Origin: Octopus sinensis
Taxonomy: Eukaryota
DNA length: 13,324 bases
Assembly (NCBI RefSeq): GCF_006345805.1
Contig: NW_021826529.1
Coordinates: 1 to 13,324, forward strand
Reading direction: 5' to 3'
In this document: piece after piece, positions 11,437 through 13,324 of the stretch
Layout: every line of letters starts with the position of its first letter
Numbering within the stretch: the first letter of the stretch is position 1
Notes under the pieces: model-generated
Told to the model about the DNA's origin: nothing
The model's input: only the letters and a program-made list of their open reading frames with translations
Databases searched by the model: none
Program-made: the position numbers and the translations under genes

Positions 11437-11542
11437 TCCACGGACGTACGTTTCGAAATCAAGTTTTCAGGAAGCATAAGAATCAAATATTAAATATTAA
11501 ATAATTCTATCTTACCGAAACTTCTTTTCTCTTCAGCGTAGA
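11437..11542 (-). ncRNA. Type I hammerhead ribozyme, copy 3
   Basis: Same motif; core intact. Confidence 0.8.
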
Positions 11543-12034
11543 ATACTATAATCATAAATGATTATATATTGATTTTGAGATACTAGGAGGCACCAACTCA
11601 ACTCAGTATCAGAGCGAGCTAGAATCCGCAACTAGTATCACGAATTCAAATTTGTGAATGAAACGATTGTGTCAACAGCCCCTTCCCACCCGCGTGTAGC
11701 CAAAACAAGATGCTGTGGTCATCTACTGAGATAAAATATGGTTATCCGTAATAATGAAGGGTGAAATTAATTAATTTGGAATAATTATCAATTACACCAA
11801 GTAGTCTTCGGCATGTAAAAGCCTCATTCGAGGGAAATTTAAGTAATACTAAGCAATAAGGGTTTAGCAACGAATTGCCTTACCACATACCGAATTTAGA
11901 AATAGCAGTCAAAGGGTTATAGCTATTTCTTCTACTAAAAAGGGAGATCTCAGTAAAAACAGCAATTGGAAGGCTGACACAAACAGGTAAGAGAGAATGA
12001 ATTAACTGCAATCTATCAAACATTTTTAAAGTTA

Positions 12035-12141
12035 TCCACGGACGTACGTTTCGAAATCAAGTTTTCAGGAAAGCATAAGAATCAAATATTAAATATTAAA
12101 TAATTCTATCTTACCGAAACTTCTTTTCTCTTCAGCGTAGA
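12035..12141 (-). ncRNA. Type I hammerhead ribozyme, copy 4
   Basis: Same motif; its 5' end lies 19 nt from the inversion junction. Confidence 0.8.
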
Positions 12142-12302
12142 ATACTATAATCATAAATGAGGGGCTGTTGACACAATCGTTTCATTCACAAATTTGAATT
12201 CGGTGATACTAGTTGCGGATTCTAGCTTGCTCTGATACTGAGTTGAGTTGGTGCCTCCTAGTATCTCAAAATTCAATATATAATCATTTATGATTATAGT
12301 AT

Positions 12303-12409
12303 TCTACGCTGAAGAGAAAAGAAGTTTCGGTAAGATAGAATTATTTAATATTTAATATTTGATTCTTATGCTTTCCTGAAAACTTGATTTCGAAACGTAC
12401 GTCCGTGGA
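12303..12409 (+). ncRNA. Type I hammerhead ribozyme, copy 5
   Basis: Stem I TCTACG (12303-12308) / CGTGGA (12404-12409). CTGAAGA 12309-12315. Stem II 12316-12391. GAAAC 12392-12396, GTAC loop, GTC 12401-12403. Cleavage predicted after C12403. Confidence 0.82.
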
Positions 12410-12904
12410 TAACTTTAAAAATGTTTGATAGATTGCAGTTAATTCATTCTCTCTTACCTGTTTGTGTCAGCCTTCCAATTGCTGTTTTTACTGAGATCTC
12501 CCTTTTTAGAAGTAGAAGAAATAGCTATAACCTTTGACTGCTATTTCTAAATTCGGTATGTGGTAAGGCAATTCGTTGCTAAACCCTTATTGCTTAGTAT
12601 TACTTAAATTTCCCTCGAATGAGGCTTTTACATGCCGAAGACTACTTGGTGTAATTGATAATTATTCCAAATTAATTAATTTCACCCTTCATTATTACGG
12701 ATAACCATATTTTATCTCAGTAGATGACCACAGCATCTTGTTTTGGCTACACGCGGGTGGGAAGGGGCTGTTGACACAATCGTTTCATTCACAAATTGAA
12801 TTCGGTGATACTAGTTGCGGATTCTAGCTCGCTCTGATACTGAGTTGAGTTGGTGCCTCCTAGTATCTCAAAATTCAATATATAATCATTTATGATTATA
12901 GTAT

Positions 12905-13010
12905 TCTACGCTGAAGAGAAAAGAAGTTTCGGTAAGATAGAATTATTTAATATTTAATATTGATTCTTATGCTTTCCTGAAAACTTGATTTCGAAACGTA
13001 CGTCCGTGGA
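12905..13010 (+). ncRNA. Type I hammerhead ribozyme, copy 6
   Basis: CTGAAGA 12911-12917 ... CGAAACGTACGTC^CGTGGA; cleavage predicted after C13004. Confidence 0.82.
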
Positions 13011-13214
13011 TAACTTTAAAAATGTTTGATAGATTGCAGTTAATTCATTCTCTCTTACCTGTTTGTGTCAGCTTCCAATTGCTGTTTTTACTGAGATCTC
13101 CTTTTTAGTAGAAGAAATAGCTATAACCCTTGACTGCTATTTCTAAATTCGGTATGTGGTAAGGCAATTCGTTGCTAAACCCTTATTGCTTAGTATGTGT
13201 ATGTATATATATAT

Positions 13215-13324
13215 CACTTTGATCACTTTACCCGACCAGTCCGTCAGCGTCCATTTGACACCGCTGGTCACAGCACGCTGTCCACTCCTCTCTGGATCGC
13301 ACCTTTCTCATCCACGTGATCCCA
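13215..13324 (-). mobile_element. Probable 3' end of a LINE or SINE, tail related to 8894-8970 (cut by window edge)
   Basis: TGATCAC...GACCAG...TCAG...CGCTGGTCACA.C.CGCT is shared with 8898-8968; it abuts the (TA)n flanking the array. Confidence 0.5.

Larger units (their letters stand above)
9959..13196. mobile_element. Hammerhead-ribozyme-bearing ~600-bp tandem and inverted array (retrozyme or Penelope pseudo-LTR-like non-autonomous retroelement)
   Basis: The motif AATGAAGGGTG starts units at 9961, 10562, 11157 and 11753 (periods 601, 595, 596). The fourth unit stops at 12160. Reverse-complement units run 12161-12693 and 12694-13196. A 14-bp direct repeat flanks the block (9948-9961, 13194-13207). 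One hammerhead motif per unit; no ORF of 60 aa or more. The repeat structure is certain; the retrozyme/Penelope label is inference. Confidence 0.85.

Noticed and set aside
10561-11752. Differences between array copies as evolutionary divergence
   Set aside because: Nearly all are single-base deletions, mostly in short runs, typical of long-read consensus error; not used for dating.
9959-13196. CRISPR, rDNA or plain satellite interpretation of the array
   Set aside because: No short repeat-spacer structure and no rRNA or 5S motifs. The ribozyme, inversion and flanking duplication fit a retroelement better.

Overview
Repeat-dense, apparently non-coding eukaryotic DNA. The tRNA-derived SINE families and long simple repeats resemble cephalopod (probably Octopus) genomes; this is recognition, not a database hit. 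No credible protein-coding gene: the listed ORFs are mostly microsatellite or SINE read-throughs, and the rest have no recognisable product. Bases 1-9450 hold three SINE families (some nested, several with target-site duplications, TSDs), two copies of a ~555-bp element inside an (AAT)n tract, a 380-bp Tc1/mariner-type MITE and long microsatellites. The standout is 9959-13196: about 3.7 near-identical direct copies of a ~600-bp non-coding unit, then a flip and about 1.7 inverted copies. The block is bracketed by a 14-bp direct repeat (TATGTGTATGTATA). Each unit carries a type I hammerhead ribozyme motif (six in total): CUGAAGA core, a 76-nt stem II, and a minimal GAAAC-GUAC-GUC stem III with a palindromic loop. 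It looks like a recent retrozyme or Penelope pseudo-LTR insertion, possibly copied from a circular or multimeric RNA with a twin-priming-like inversion.
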